DNA of 64,000 nt from Chitinophaga pinensis (GCA_945876095.1 CAMCMP010000011.1:44448-108447); one strand, 5' to 3'. Counted from the stretch's first letter, positions 1-10,089 are shown. The notes: generated by a model from the sequence alone, not told the origin. Program-made: numbers and translations.

Positions 1-2040
1 ATTAGGAGATATTTTAAAATTATCATGATTACATGCATCTTTAAAAATCAACTTGTTCTGTGACTCAAAAACTAATGATTCATTATCATTTTCATAATTT
101 GTCGAAATACTTCCAGTTCGAGATTGATTTCTAATCGTTATTACTTCATCTAATAGAACTAATTTTTTTTCAACTTCAGCATCTTGCTCTTCCATTTGCA
201 AGGTATTTTCTATCGACATTTCAGCATTTTCTGAATTAGATAAAAATTTAAGGGTCGAATTATAAGGAGTATTATTTATAAAAAGAAGTTTATACAGCAA
301 ATGCACAAAATCGAAATGATTTTTATCATTGCTATGATAATTAGTCCCCCTTGCTCTATTTGAACTATAAGAAACTATGTTTTTTAAAAAATCAGATTTC
401 CATTGAAGGACATCATTATTTTTTTGAAGATTTTTTAATTGATAATAATGCTCTGCCAATTCTACCGGATAGCTATTCAATGAATAATTGAATCTTGATA
501 ACATATGATCTAGAAAAGCATTTTTACGATCTACATAATCACTATCAGATTCAACCAATCTTGTTAAAGTTTGTTGATATTGAGTTATTGCAATTTCATA
601 TTGCTTTTTTTGGAACAATCCATTTTTGTCAACAGGTAACAAACTTATAAAACTGATTAAATCATTAATTCCCGGAACATCTAATATCGGCTGAGAGAAA
701 TAGGTATGGCTGTGATTTGCATCAATTTTATAGGAGAATAATTTATTAGCAGTAGATAACTGACTCAAATAATTACCCATTATTTGTTCAAAAACTAGCA
801 AGTAAGACTTTAATTGTTTTACAGCTGCTTTTCTTTCATTAGTTTCATTACTACTTATTCCTTCATTACCTATACCATATATAACAGGAAAGTGATGTTG
901 TATTGAATGATATTTTGAAATATTTCTGTACTGACCAGATACTTTATCTGAAAAAGTTGAAGAATAAGCTTTGAATTTATTCTCATTTTCATTAACAATT
1001 TTATTGTATAAAGAAGTAAAAGATTGCTTCCTTACAATTACATCCACCCCTTCTTTATAAAGTACAATACTATTAAAATCTAGTAGAGGTTTAATTGAAC
1101 CAAATTCCTCCTCTTTCAAAAATATAGGTTCTTCAAAAGTAGTAGTAGTGCCATCATTAATGGATAAACTTATAACGTTTACTACCCCTTTTACCTTACT
1201 AGCCAATCTTATTAAATCAGCTGGATCAATTTGTTTGGGGAGCGCTCGTAAAGATTCATCATTTATAACACCTTTTACTAAAGTAGGTCCATTGAAAATA
1301 TCTTCTACCTTAACATTATTTTTTAGTAGTTCATTAGGTAATAAATAATCTACTGAAGGATTAAGGAAATTATTTATTATTCCGAATATTTCAGCTAAAA
1401 TTTCCTCTGAAGAAACAGAGCTATCTATAGAAATTTTTGCATTAATTTTAATATTTTTTGGTTCAATGATTTTAAAATTATAAAAATCATTACCAATCAT
1501 TCTATTTTTTAAAAGTACATTTTTAACTTTTGAGATAATAACATCCTTCTTTTCACTTATTTCATTTTCACTTTCAATATCTGATAAACTTTGCCATGCA
1601 CTAATAGTTAATTGAAGGGAAACATTGTAAAACCCTCTAGCAGATTTTGAGCCAAACAAATCTTGTGGTGGAGTTATCCAAATATTTTGAATTTCATCTA
1701 TTTCATCAATAACGATTTTCCTATAGTCATTAATTGATACAGGATGAGTGTTAAGAATATTTGGTGCTAAATGAAATGATTGATCTTCGTAATCAATATT
1801 ACCTTTGGCATCAGACAGGATATCGGTTATTGAAAAACCCGTTCGGTATGAAAGGTCAGTTAAGGCAAAACAAAGGGCCTCTAAAATAGTAATTCCAGGA
1901 TCATGTAAATTATAGTCAGTCCACTCTGCACCAGAATATTTTTGAACATATTCTATAGCTTCGTCCCTTAGTTTTTCGAAATTCATCGACACATCCGAAA
2001 CGTCCTTCTCTACAATATTAGATATATCGGGCAGTAGCAT
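1..2040 (-). CDS. eCIS baseplate protein, baseplate-J/gp6-like (Cis11-like). Only the N-terminal 680 codons are present because the ORF runs off the left window edge.
   Basis: My own minus-strand translation from the ATG at 2040 gives MLLPDISNIVEKDVSDVSMNFEKLRDEAIEYVQKYSGAEWTDYNLHDPGITILEALCFALTDLSYRTGF... It stayed open to position 1. It is absent from the ORF track, presumably because there is no stop in the window. The F..L.DEA...EWTD.N.HDPGIT.LE block matches the N-terminus I recall for 'putative baseplate assembly protein' (J-like) genes of phage-tail-like clusters. Confidence 0.7.
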   Translation of the reverse strand, partial: MLLPDISNIVEKDVSDVSMNFEKLRDEAIEYVQKYSGAEWTDYNLHDPGITILEALCFALTDLSYRTGFSITDILSDAKGNIDYEDQSFHLAPNILNTHPVSINDYRKIVIDEIDEIQNIWITPPQDLFGSKSARGFYNVSLQLTISAWQSLSDIESENEISEKKDVIISKVKNVLLKNRMIGNDFYNFKIIEPKNIKINAKISIDSSVSSEEILAEIFGIINNFLNPSVDYLLPNELLKNNVKVEDIFNGPTLVKGVINDESLRALPKQIDPADLIRLASKVKGVVNVISLSINDGTTTTFEEPIFLKEEEFGSIKPLLDFNSIVLYKEGVDVIVRKQSFTSLYNKIVNENENKFKAYSSTFSDKVSGQYRNISKYHSIQHHFPVIYGIGNEGISSNETNERKAAVKQLKSYLLVFEQIMGNYLSQLSTANKLFSYKIDANHSHTYFSQPILDVPGINDLISFISLLPVDKNGLFQKKQYEIAITQYQQTLTRLVESDSDYVDRKNAFLDHMLSRFNYSLNSYPVELAEHYYQLKNLQKNNDVLQWKSDFLKNIVSYSSNRARGTNYHSNDKNHFDFVHLLYKLLFINNTPYNSTLKFLSNSENAEMSIENTLQMEEQDAEVEKKLVLLDEVITIRNQSRTGSISTNYENDNESLVFESQNKLIFKDACNHDNFKISPN

Positions 2041-2057
2041 TTACAATAAAAGTTAAC

Positions 2058-2843
2058 TTAATAAAAATATTCTTCCGGTAAGATCATCTCATCATCCCAC
2101 AAATTAGTTATACGATAATAGATTTGAGTGTCATCACCATAATTACGTAAAGTCCTGATTTGCAAATCATAGTTATAAGTACCAAAAGATTTCCATCGAA
2201 TACTAAGGTTATTCAAATAAAATCCGTAGCGAGCTCTAGTATATTTAATTTTACTTTTTGAATTACCAAAAGCAGATAAAGCAGTTGCATGTAAAATTGC
2301 AAATCTTCCGGATGTTTTTTTACCAGTTCTTGCAATTAATTCGAAAGCATGACAATTATTTAACCCCTTTATTACAGAATGCCATTTTCCATCTGCAGGA
2401 ACAAAGCCCGCTCTATAATTACCTGTTCTACCACTCATTGAAACGAACCCATCAACATCAAGTTTCATTCCTTGTTCTCTTCTTTTTCCAATTCCGAAAC
2501 TACCGTCTTCATCAAAGAAAAAAGATTTTTTATCTTCTTCATCTTCCTCTAATCCAGGAATATTAGGTCTCAATTTAAAACTGTAAGAGCCTTTGTCATC
2601 TACTTCAATATGAAAAAAAGGTTCTAGATCGTCTACACTTTTAAAAAAAGTCATTAATTTTTTGGAGATAGCTGATGAACTAAGAATTAATCCGCTGTCA
2701 TCATCCTTATTGAAACCATCATCTTGCTTATTGATCAAAGAATCAATAAGGTAAGAAAAATGTTTTTCTGAAGGAATATTACCATTCTTAAAGAAATTTT
2801 TAAGATGTTCTCTGTCGTATATTTTATTTTTAGAAAATGACAT
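2058..2843 (-). CDS. hypothetical eCIS-operon protein (261 aa), possibly a fibre or baseplate accessory
   Basis: ORF track. Gaps of 2 nt and 17 nt to its neighbours indicate co-transcription. The N-terminus LKNFFKNGNIPSEKHFSYLIDSL resembles the F-x-x-G-x-x-P-x(4)-F-x-x-LIDS block I recall at N-termini of tail-fibre-like proteins. I recognise nothing else. Confidence 0.6.
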   Translation of the reverse strand: MSFSKNKIYDREHLKNFFKNGNIPSEKHFSYLIDSLINKQDDGFNKDDDSGLILSSSAISKKLMTFFKSVDDLEPFFHIEVDDKGSYSFKLRPNIPGLEEDEEDKKSFFFDEDGSFGIGKRREQGMKLDVDGFVSMSGRTGNYRAGFVPADGKWHSVIKGLNNCHAFELIARTGKKTSGRFAILHATALSAFGNSKSKIKYTRARYGFYLNNLSIRWKSFGTYNYDLQIRTLRNYGDDTQIYYRITNLWDDEMILPEEYFY

Positions 2844-2845
2844 TA

Positions 2846-5800
2846 TTACAATTTCAAGGTTATGGTAAAAGTAGGTATTTTGTTTTGATTTATTACCACT
2901 TTATCAACATTAATTTGATTTACTTCTTCCGAAAGTATTAATTCTTTTCCTAATTTAAAGTTACCTATTCCTGCTTTTGAAGATGGAACAAATGCCTCTG
3001 AAGGAAGTAATTGAATAAAATGATCAGACATCGGAGCTAAAATAGCAGATGGAAGACTGGCTTTTATGAAATCTTCAGACTGTGTAAATGAATCTGTCAA
3101 TATATTTAATAATTCATGTGTAATTGGATCCTTCTTTTGATAAAAATGTAATAAAGTAACACCTGATACATATTTTACATAGGGTCTTTTCTTAATGAAA
3201 TTAATTAAGTCATTTACATAAATAATTCTGCTATCTTTAAGATTAGCTCCATTAAGACTGCTCAACCAAGGGGAAATGAATTTTACAATGTCTTCATTTA
3301 GTTGGGTAACATTGGAATTAATATTTTGATTAATTCTAGTTTTTGAAAACAACACATTACATTTTACCTTAATAAATTCATAAATTGGATTAGTAACGAC
3401 AAATTTAATTGAGGCTGGTAATATATTTTTGACAAAAGCGGTAATTTCAGACAATACTTCAAAATCCACGTACGGTAATTTATCTTCGTCATAATTGGTT
3501 ATTTCACTTAATGTAGGAACTACTGTAATCAAAATATCCATATTTTCTAACAATAAATCCGTTTGAAGTCCATTGGCCAAACATTGAACATATACCAAAG
3601 AAGGAAATTTATTTAAAATCGTTTGTGTTAAATCTCTAGTAGTAATAATGCGATTTTTCGTTCTTAATAATTCGCTCACTCTTGTATTAAATTGATCATA
3701 ATTCTCTTCAACTACACCACCAAAAGAGGAGAATGGTTGAAAAATACTTTCAATCTCTGGAATAGGTAATTCACTTTGTTTAATAGTTCTAGCTGGTAAA
3801 GAGGATAAGTTAAACGGCACCCCATTGTCTACCCTTTCAACCTCAATTGCATTGGTATACAATTGTTGTAATCTCATGTTATAATTTACATTACCATTTA
3901 ATTGAGCAGAAAGCCAATAAATTCCTGAAGGTAGAATTGTATTATTTGTATTAATATCTGCTGGCAATTGAATGGTAATTAATCCAGACTTTAAAAAACC
4001 ATCTGTGGTATCATCTATTATTTGATTATTAGACAATGGGATCCAAAAGTTGTCAACTAAATAACTCCAATTGACATTGGGCTTTTTGATAACAGAATGG
4101 GTAGGATGTAAATCAGTCAATTCAAAATATAGAGTCAATTCATCTAAAGGAGCAATATTTTCTATTCCAAAATAGCTTTGTCTATCAAATGAAAATTGAG
4201 GAATTATTCTAAAAACTGGCGACTTTGGATTTGGATAAAGTAAATCATAACCAAAAGGATGTGCATGAATAAAACGAATGTCAGATTCGAATTTATCATC
4301 AATTATTCCTCTATTCAAAATTTCAGTAGAAGTTAATGTATAACTAACATCAATTGATTTAATTAAGGGAGTAAAAGGTTCTTGAGGCAAAGGTTTATTA
4401 AAAACAAATTTTTTGCTGTTGTGGATAGAAATATCTGAAAAGATTTTACCATATCTTTTATGACCGAATGGATCAGTTGGACCTAATAACTGAATGCGAA
4501 CAATTCCTTTATGGATATTTAAAAAGATATCTTCGGACTCTTTTTCTAATGACATAGGATTAGAAAATTTTAATTTTCCGAAGTCGATCTTATTAATTAA
4601 AGAAGTAGGGCTTAAAATATCTACTTTGTCATTTTTTCTTAAAGAACCAAAGAGCTGGAATTTTTGTTGTTCTTCTATATCTGGTTTAAAATTATTAACA
4701 TCCATAGAACTGACGCCAATAATAAAAGAATCATTATTTACAATCTCACCATACTCTTTAAAATATTCAGCAAATCCATGCTCATTAACAGGTAAATTAA
4801 ACCACTCTATTTTAATTGAAAAGTCGGTAGTAAATTTATTGAAAATATTTTCATTTTGTAAATCTAAATATGTATTTTCTGAAGGTTGAGGTCCAAAAGG
4901 TGGAAAGGGGTTATCTGAATTTATTAATCCAAGATTATTAGATAAAATAAGTTTATTACTATTAGAAACATTCATATTAAAACCTATTCTCTCAATAATT
5001 AGACCTTTTAAAAAGGAATAGGCATTGTGAAATGAATTGGGATTAACCTCAAAATGAACTAATGGAATTGAAGCTGGGTATTGACCACCATGAATATCTT
5101 GTTTATAGATTCCAATTGGTGGTTGGTCTTCTTTGAGTTGGAAATTATAAGATATCAACCTCTCTCCAACATTTTCTAAATCACATTTTACACTATAGTA
5201 ATCTAACTCATACCAACCTTCTTCAATAGTAATGTATATATTAAAAGCTGATTTAAATAATTCAACTGGTAATATTTTTTCGTTACTCCCTATTTGCTTA
5301 CTGTAGGAGGAAATGTAATTTTTCAGTAATTTAAATGAATTTTCGTCGAAATAAAAATCTAAAGAAAAAGTTCGCTTTCCAGTAGTTTGGTATAAAATTT
5401 CTGATCCTGCAAAAAAACCAATTTTAGCATTCTGCATATCGCTTTCAACTGTTGATTCAAAATAAGGATCTTCACCAAAAATTGTAAAATTAGTTTTAGG
5501 AACATCATCCTTAGCTTGAAATTTTTCTATATTAAGTGAACTTTGATAAACTGTTTTTTCTTTGGCGATATTAGAGTTATCTGTAGTAAGTGAATTTTGA
5601 TGTTCACTGATTAATATATTGTGTAAGTAGGCGATGGAAGACTTGTTAATAACAGTTTCCTTAATAGTTTTATACAATATATTATCCGGTAATTCATTTA
5701 ATTCAGCTAAAAATATAGTGTCTTTTTTAAGTAAATAATTATCTATACTATTTCCTACTGTAAGAACTAAGTGAACGTTGTCAATTTTTTTAGGAGTTGG

Positions 5801-6658
5801 AAATTGTCCTAATACTTGCTGATAATAAAAATCTAGATGTCTTTTAGGAAGTAAATTTATTTTTTCTTGTAAATGTTTATATAATTTAAGGAAGGATTTA
5901 ACAACACCTAAATGGGGTTCATAATAAACTTCCTTATTTTGTATAGCTTGTTTCAGTAAATATTTTCCATTACTCAAATAGAAAGAATATTTATTTTGGA
6001 CATCACCAAAAAAAATATCTAATTTAGATAAAGCACCTATGATCTTATCTTGAATGGCATCATCAGAGTCAAATACAAAATTTGTTGGTACAAACCCATC
6101 ATCGAAAGGAACGTCCAATATGGGCCATTCTTTTGTAGAAAAAACAATACCTTCTACCTGCTGAATATCTTGTCTCCAAATATAAAGTTGATTATATAAG
6201 TAGAAGATATCATTGTCTTGCCAACTTACGTCAGAAACTACAGTCAAAGCATTAACTAGTTTTGATATTCTCTCAAAAGTAGCATGCATTTCAAGAATAA
6301 GCTGGTATAAAAAAACAAAGGTTTTTTCTAAGGCTTCGATTTTTTCTGATGCCGTATTATTAGCTCTAATAAAATCGCTTAATTTATCGTAGGTAAAGTT
6401 GAAAGAATAAACGTCAATATCCTCAAGTATGGAAAGGAGTATATGAGGATTGGAACTAAAAAAGTATTGCCAATCTCCATCTTTTTTATAATTTAAATTA
6501 TAATAATTTACGGAGGAAGAAAATCGATAAACAAAACTTAGTAAATCACTCTCAGTTTTTTCGTCTATTTGTGCATAAGAATATGATTGCTCAGGTAGTT
6601 TCCGAGTAAATTGGCTTAAACCACTAGTTACTTCATAGTTATACTTTGTCCTTTTCAT
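2846..6658 (-). CDS. large eCIS baseplate-wedge candidate (1270 aa), assigned by position only
   Basis: ORF track. It lies directly downstream of gp25 and upstream of the J-like gene, where large wedge proteins (Cis11/Cis12 equivalents) sit. I recognise no sequence motif. Confidence 0.6.
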   Translation of the reverse strand: MKRTKYNYEVTSGLSQFTRKLPEQSYSYAQIDEKTESDLLSFVYRFSSSVNYYNLNYKKDGDWQYFFSSNPHILLSILEDIDVYSFNFTYDKLSDFIRANNTASEKIEALEKTFVFLYQLILEMHATFERISKLVNALTVVSDVSWQDNDIFYLYNQLYIWRQDIQQVEGIVFSTKEWPILDVPFDDGFVPTNFVFDSDDAIQDKIIGALSKLDIFFGDVQNKYSFYLSNGKYLLKQAIQNKEVYYEPHLGVVKSFLKLYKHLQEKINLLPKRHLDFYYQQVLGQFPTPKKIDNVHLVLTVGNSIDNYLLKKDTIFLAELNELPDNILYKTIKETVINKSSIAYLHNILISEHQNSLTTDNSNIAKEKTVYQSSLNIEKFQAKDDVPKTNFTIFGEDPYFESTVESDMQNAKIGFFAGSEILYQTTGKRTFSLDFYFDENSFKLLKNYISSYSKQIGSNEKILPVELFKSAFNIYITIEEGWYELDYYSVKCDLENVGERLISYNFQLKEDQPPIGIYKQDIHGGQYPASIPLVHFEVNPNSFHNAYSFLKGLIIERIGFNMNVSNSNKLILSNNLGLINSDNPFPPFGPQPSENTYLDLQNENIFNKFTTDFSIKIEWFNLPVNEHGFAEYFKEYGEIVNNDSFIIGVSSMDVNNFKPDIEEQQKFQLFGSLRKNDKVDILSPTSLINKIDFGKLKFSNPMSLEKESEDIFLNIHKGIVRIQLLGPTDPFGHKRYGKIFSDISIHNSKKFVFNKPLPQEPFTPLIKSIDVSYTLTSTEILNRGIIDDKFESDIRFIHAHPFGYDLLYPNPKSPVFRIIPQFSFDRQSYFGIENIAPLDELTLYFELTDLHPTHSVIKKPNVNWSYLVDNFWIPLSNNQIIDDTTDGFLKSGLITIQLPADINTNNTILPSGIYWLSAQLNGNVNYNMRLQQLYTNAIEVERVDNGVPFNLSSLPARTIKQSELPIPEIESIFQPFSSFGGVVEENYDQFNTRVSELLRTKNRIITTRDLTQTILNKFPSLVYVQCLANGLQTDLLLENMDILITVVPTLSEITNYDEDKLPYVDFEVLSEITAFVKNILPASIKFVVTNPIYEFIKVKCNVLFSKTRINQNINSNVTQLNEDIVKFISPWLSSLNGANLKDSRIIYVNDLINFIKKRPYVKYVSGVTLLHFYQKKDPITHELLNILTDSFTQSEDFIKASLPSAILAPMSDHFIQLLPSEAFVPSSKAGIGNFKLGKELILSEEVNQINVDKVVINQNKIPTFTITLKL

Positions 6659-6694
6659 AATCTTTTAAAACAGATAATAATCTTCCTGAAAAAA

Positions 6695-7108
6695 TCACAA
6701 ATTTGTCCCCTCCAAAATATAATAAGGAAACACGATATTGGATCTTGTATTAGTAATAATAACAGTATAAATCAACCTCAAAATTACAATCCCCTCATTT
6801 ACATTATGCTCAACCAATTCCACCTTTTCAAATAGTATTCTTGGTTCAAAATTTAAAAGAGCTACTCTTACTATTTCACCGATTTGGGCAACAGATCCTT
6901 TATCAACATTTTCAAAAGACATTCTGTATAAACTACATCCAAAATCAGGTTGCATCAATCTTTCACCAGGATAGGTATTTAAAATAAGTCGAATACTAGA
7001 CTCGATATCCTGTTCATTTTCTTCCATTCTTACTCCTAAGCTCAATTTATCAAAAACAGGAGGGAAAGACCATCCCTTTCCTAAAAAGCTTTTTACATTA
7101 TCACTCAT
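6695..7108 (-). CDS. GPW/gp25-family baseplate wedge protein (Cis9-like)
   Basis: 137 aa. GKGWSFPP...EQDIESSIRLILNTYPGERLMQPDFGCSLYRMSFEN is the gp25/lysozyme-like signature. The operon context also fits. Confidence 0.9.
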   Translation of the reverse strand: MSDNVKSFLGKGWSFPPVFDKLSLGVRMEENEQDIESSIRLILNTYPGERLMQPDFGCSLYRMSFENVDKGSVAQIGEIVRVALLNFEPRILFEKVELVEHNVNEGIVILRLIYTVIITNTRSNIVFPYYILEGTNL

Positions 7109-7133
7109 ATTGTTAAGATAAAATTATATTAAA

Positions 7134-7430
7134 TTAACCTATTAAAACAGTAGGAAATCCCAAAACGACAATCCCGCTATGATCTGTTTGATCACCCATT
7201 CTAACGGCCTTTTTTCCTTCAATTTTAACTGTAGGAGAACCTTGTTTAAGTTTATCTGGAGGGCCAATACAAAGGGCCATATCGCCTACTAGTGCTGCCG
7301 GCATACCTCCGATTTTAGTTTTTTTTGCTCCAGGTCCAAGAATGGGTCCCCCAACATGAGGTATTGGACCTGTTGTTTTTGTACAAAGATGTAAATCAAA
7401 TACCCTTGCTGCTGGTAATCCTAATCCCAT
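7134..7430 (-). CDS. PAAR-domain spike-tip protein (Cis10-like)
   Basis: 98 aa with literal PAAR (LPAARVFD) and PAAL repeats and a Gly-rich beta-solenoid pattern. It lies directly after VgrG. Confidence 0.9.
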   Translation of the reverse strand: MGLGLPAARVFDLHLCTKTTGPIPHVGGPILGPGAKKTKIGGMPAALVGDMALCIGPPDKLKQGSPTVKIEGKKAVRMGDQTDHSGIVVLGFPTVLIG

Positions 7431-7448
7431 TGTTCGATTAATTTAAGT

Positions 7449-9245
7449 TTAATTAATATTTACTAAAGCTCCTTTTAATACTGTTTGTCCACCTGAACTA
7501 AATTCAGCCTGACTAGTACCCTTTGCTGTTAAACCAGCCTTTGCTGTTAATTTAACATTTAATCCCTCTATTGATGCATCTTGTTTAGCAGAAAGGGTAA
7601 GCTTGCTAGTTGCACTAAGTGTTATACTTCCCTTAGCTGTCAATTTTATGTCCTTGTCACTCGTAAAGGCAATGCCAGTACTGCTCATGACAATGGTGTT
7701 TTTATTTTGATCCTTAATAGAAATTTCCTTTGCTTTGTCGTCAAAGATAATTGAATTTTTTCCAGGTGTAATAATTGTGATGATTTTATTTTCATCATCG
7801 AAATTGATTTTTAACTTGGCCTTTGTTTGAATTTCTTTTATAAAATTTTTATCATCAGCAGGAACATTTGCTGGAGCATTTTTTCCATAAAGAGATCCTA
7901 AAATAACAGGATTTCTTGGGTCATTTTCTAAAAAACCAACTACCACTTCATCATTTACTTCTGGTAAAAATGCTGCGCCGGCTGTACTTGTTGCATAAAA
8001 ATTTGCATACCTAGCCCAAACACCCGTCTTAGTAGTCGCATTGGTCTGTAAAATAACTAATATCCTATTTAAGGATTGCGGGTCTTTTGAAAGTTGTTTA
8101 ACTTTTCCGATTTGTAAACCCGAAATAGCAGGTAATTGACCTGAGGCAGCAGGATAATTTAAGTTTATTTTTTCATGAACAAATTCATCATCTAGCCCAA
8201 ATTTCACGGTTGTTTCCCAAGAAGTTCTTGGATTAATTCGATGGATTACGGTAGAAACAAAAGCACTACCATTGAATTTACCACCAACACCTTCCAAAGT
8301 TATTATATTACCTGTTTTAACAACTGAATTACCAATATAAGTTACTTCTCCCTTAATTGCAGCAAGCCTTAATTTAAGTAAAACCCCATCGGCCCATGCT
8401 TTTAAGTCTGCAGTGGTCATGAGCGTATTAGAAAGTAAGCTAAGCGCTTTTTGACTTAATTTGCTGGAAAGAGTTTTGGGAGTTAAATTACCTTGAGAAT
8501 TTACAGAGGGTTCTGTAGCACTTGACTTTATCAAGGCCATTGTTTTGATATCCCAAGCCGAAGCATCTAAGGTTGGAGGTTGTCTTTCGGCACTGACTTC
8601 TCCTTTGAAAGAAAGAATAGATATTCCATAACCAACTGTTAATACTGATGAACTTGAGAAAACTGGTTTTTTTACATTAACCGAAGTGCCATCCATTGTT
8701 ATCAAAAATCCATTATGCTGAGCCCTAGAGCAAACAAAATCCCAATCGGTTGCTAGTTTTTGAATCAAAACCTCATAAGTTATACTGGTGGAGTCAACAG
8801 AAGCTGAAACACCATAATCTGATAAGATAGTCTGAATAATTTTACTATCGGTCTTATCATGATATTCTTCCTCTTGTCGATTATAGGTTGAAGTAACTAG
8901 TTTGTGCTTACAAAGTAAATTTATTTTTAAACTTGTTTTTTTTGCTACTTCAATACCCTGTTGAACGATGAGTCCATCAAAAATTTTAACCTCTGCATTA
9001 CTGTCATAAGCAATTGATATAGTAATGGTATTTCCAGGATTAAAAGTAGACCCATCTTGGGAAGGAATTGAAGAAGCAGAAGGGTCTTCACCACTCAAAG
9101 TTATTTCAGCATAAGATATTTGATTGATTGCATGATGAACTGTAATTTCACTTACTCCATATGAATCAGACATCGTCGAACCATTTATTTTTATGGTAGT
9201 TCTAATACTTCCAACTCCTATATCATTTCCAGGAATAACAGGCAT
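7449..9245 (-). CDS. VgrG / gp27-gp5-like spike protein (Cis8-like)
   Basis: 598 aa. The central block NDEVVVGFLENDPRNPVILGSLY is the gp5 OB-fold/base-V signature. The C-terminus has beta-helix repeats (KLTAKGSITLSATSKLTLSAKQDASIEGLNVKLTAKAGLTAKG). Confidence 0.9.
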   Translation of the reverse strand: MPVIPGNDIGVGSIRTTIKINGSTMSDSYGVSEITVHHAINQISYAEITLSGEDPSASSIPSQDGSTFNPGNTITISIAYDSNAEVKIFDGLIVQQGIEVAKKTSLKINLLCKHKLVTSTYNRQEEEYHDKTDSKIIQTILSDYGVSASVDSTSITYEVLIQKLATDWDFVCSRAQHNGFLITMDGTSVNVKKPVFSSSSVLTVGYGISILSFKGEVSAERQPPTLDASAWDIKTMALIKSSATEPSVNSQGNLTPKTLSSKLSQKALSLLSNTLMTTADLKAWADGVLLKLRLAAIKGEVTYIGNSVVKTGNIITLEGVGGKFNGSAFVSTVIHRINPRTSWETTVKFGLDDEFVHEKINLNYPAASGQLPAISGLQIGKVKQLSKDPQSLNRILVILQTNATTKTGVWARYANFYATSTAGAAFLPEVNDEVVVGFLENDPRNPVILGSLYGKNAPANVPADDKNFIKEIQTKAKLKINFDDENKIITIITPGKNSIIFDDKAKEISIKDQNKNTIVMSSTGIAFTSDKDIKLTAKGSITLSATSKLTLSAKQDASIEGLNVKLTAKAGLTAKGTSQAEFSSGGQTVLKGALVNIN

Positions 9246-9248
9246 AAT

Positions 9249-9914
9249 TTATTTTTTTATAGGAGGAAACAATATTTGATCACCTGGCTTTATATCAAAT
9301 ACACTGTTTAAATTATTAATCCTTGCCAATTCTAAATAATAGGAACCATCCTTATAAATTTGATTTGACATCATTGCTAAATTATCTCCAGCTTTAACAG
9401 ACCTTGCATGCGTTAGATCGGGTGATGACCTACCTGCGTTAGCTGCTACAGTTTTACGATTGGCAGTTTTCTTTAATTCCACCTTAACCTTAGCTCTCAT
9501 GGGAGAACCAAAAGTGTCAAATAAAGTATAATCAATAGAAACACTTTCACAAACTCCAGTAAAAACAAGTGTGCCCCAGGTTACCTTTGTAAACAATGGT
9601 CTATGTTCTTCACCATAATAACCTTGAAGTCCATCTTTTAAATCATCACAATAAGAAGAGACATCATAAAAAGCCCAAAAAGGAGTTATCAAAGTGTTGT
9701 CAACCATTAATTCTGATAGCGATAAGGTTTCACTATTTCCATTGAAATGCAATGTTTCTCCTGCAGATCCAGCAATAGGCATTGGGGACCAGTCATTGGA
9801 GAAAGATCTTGAATAAGAATTTGGATTTAGCCACACATAAAACCTGCCAACTTCACTAAAAAAAGAACAGCTATCAGCAGTATGGGTGGTGAAACATAAT
9901 TTTATTAAGGCCAT
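9249..9914 (-). CDS. tube-like baseplate hub / tube initiator with C-terminal LysM domain (Cis7-like)
   Basis: 221 aa. The C-terminus HARSVKAGDNLAMMSNQIYKDGSYYLELARINNLNSVFDIKPGDQILFPP is a LysM motif. Its position between the tube genes and VgrG is typical of eCIS. Confidence 0.85.
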   Translation of the reverse strand: MALIKLCFTTHTADSCSFFSEVGRFYVWLNPNSYSRSFSNDWSPMPIAGSAGETLHFNGNSETLSLSELMVDNTLITPFWAFYDVSSYCDDLKDGLQGYYGEEHRPLFTKVTWGTLVFTGVCESVSIDYTLFDTFGSPMRAKVKVELKKTANRKTVAANAGRSSPDLTHARSVKAGDNLAMMSNQIYKDGSYYLELARINNLNSVFDIKPGDQILFPPIKK

Positions 9915-9918
9915 ATAT

Positions 9919-10089
9919 TCAACGTTTATATATAAATTCCTTGATAAGATTTCTCATCTTAAAAGAAAGTTCATTCATAATTTCTAACTTAATTTTATTC
10001 ATTTGTTGTTCAACATTCACCGCTTTAGCAGTTGATTTATTTTGATCAACCGTTGCCTTAATCACTAATTCACGAATCTCAATTGGCAT
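9919..10089 (-). CDS. small conserved eCIS protein (56 aa, DUF5908-like)
   Basis: Not in the ORF track because it is under 60 aa. My own translation gives MPIEIRELVIKATVDQNKSTAKAVNVEQQMNKIKLEIMNELSFKMRNLIKEFIYKR*. It fills the tube2-LysM gap exactly. The MPIEIRELVI.ATV start is what I recall for the small DUF5908 proteins of Bacteroidota CIS loci. Confidence 0.7.
   Translation of the reverse strand: MPIEIRELVIKATVDQNKSTAKAVNVEQQMNKIKLEIMNELSFKMRNLIKEFIYKR

Noticed and set aside
1148-1348. 66-aa plus-strand ORF
   Set aside because: It lies antisense within the edge-truncated baseplate-J-like ORF, which has strong protein-like sequence. It is likely spurious.
2258-2566. 102-aa plus-strand ORF
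   Set aside because: It is antisense to the 261-aa operon gene. Its composition is hydrophobic and low-complexity, typical of AT-rich antisense frames.
4494-4889. 131-aa plus-strand ORF
   Set aside because: It is antisense inside the 1270-aa CIS gene, with no independent support.
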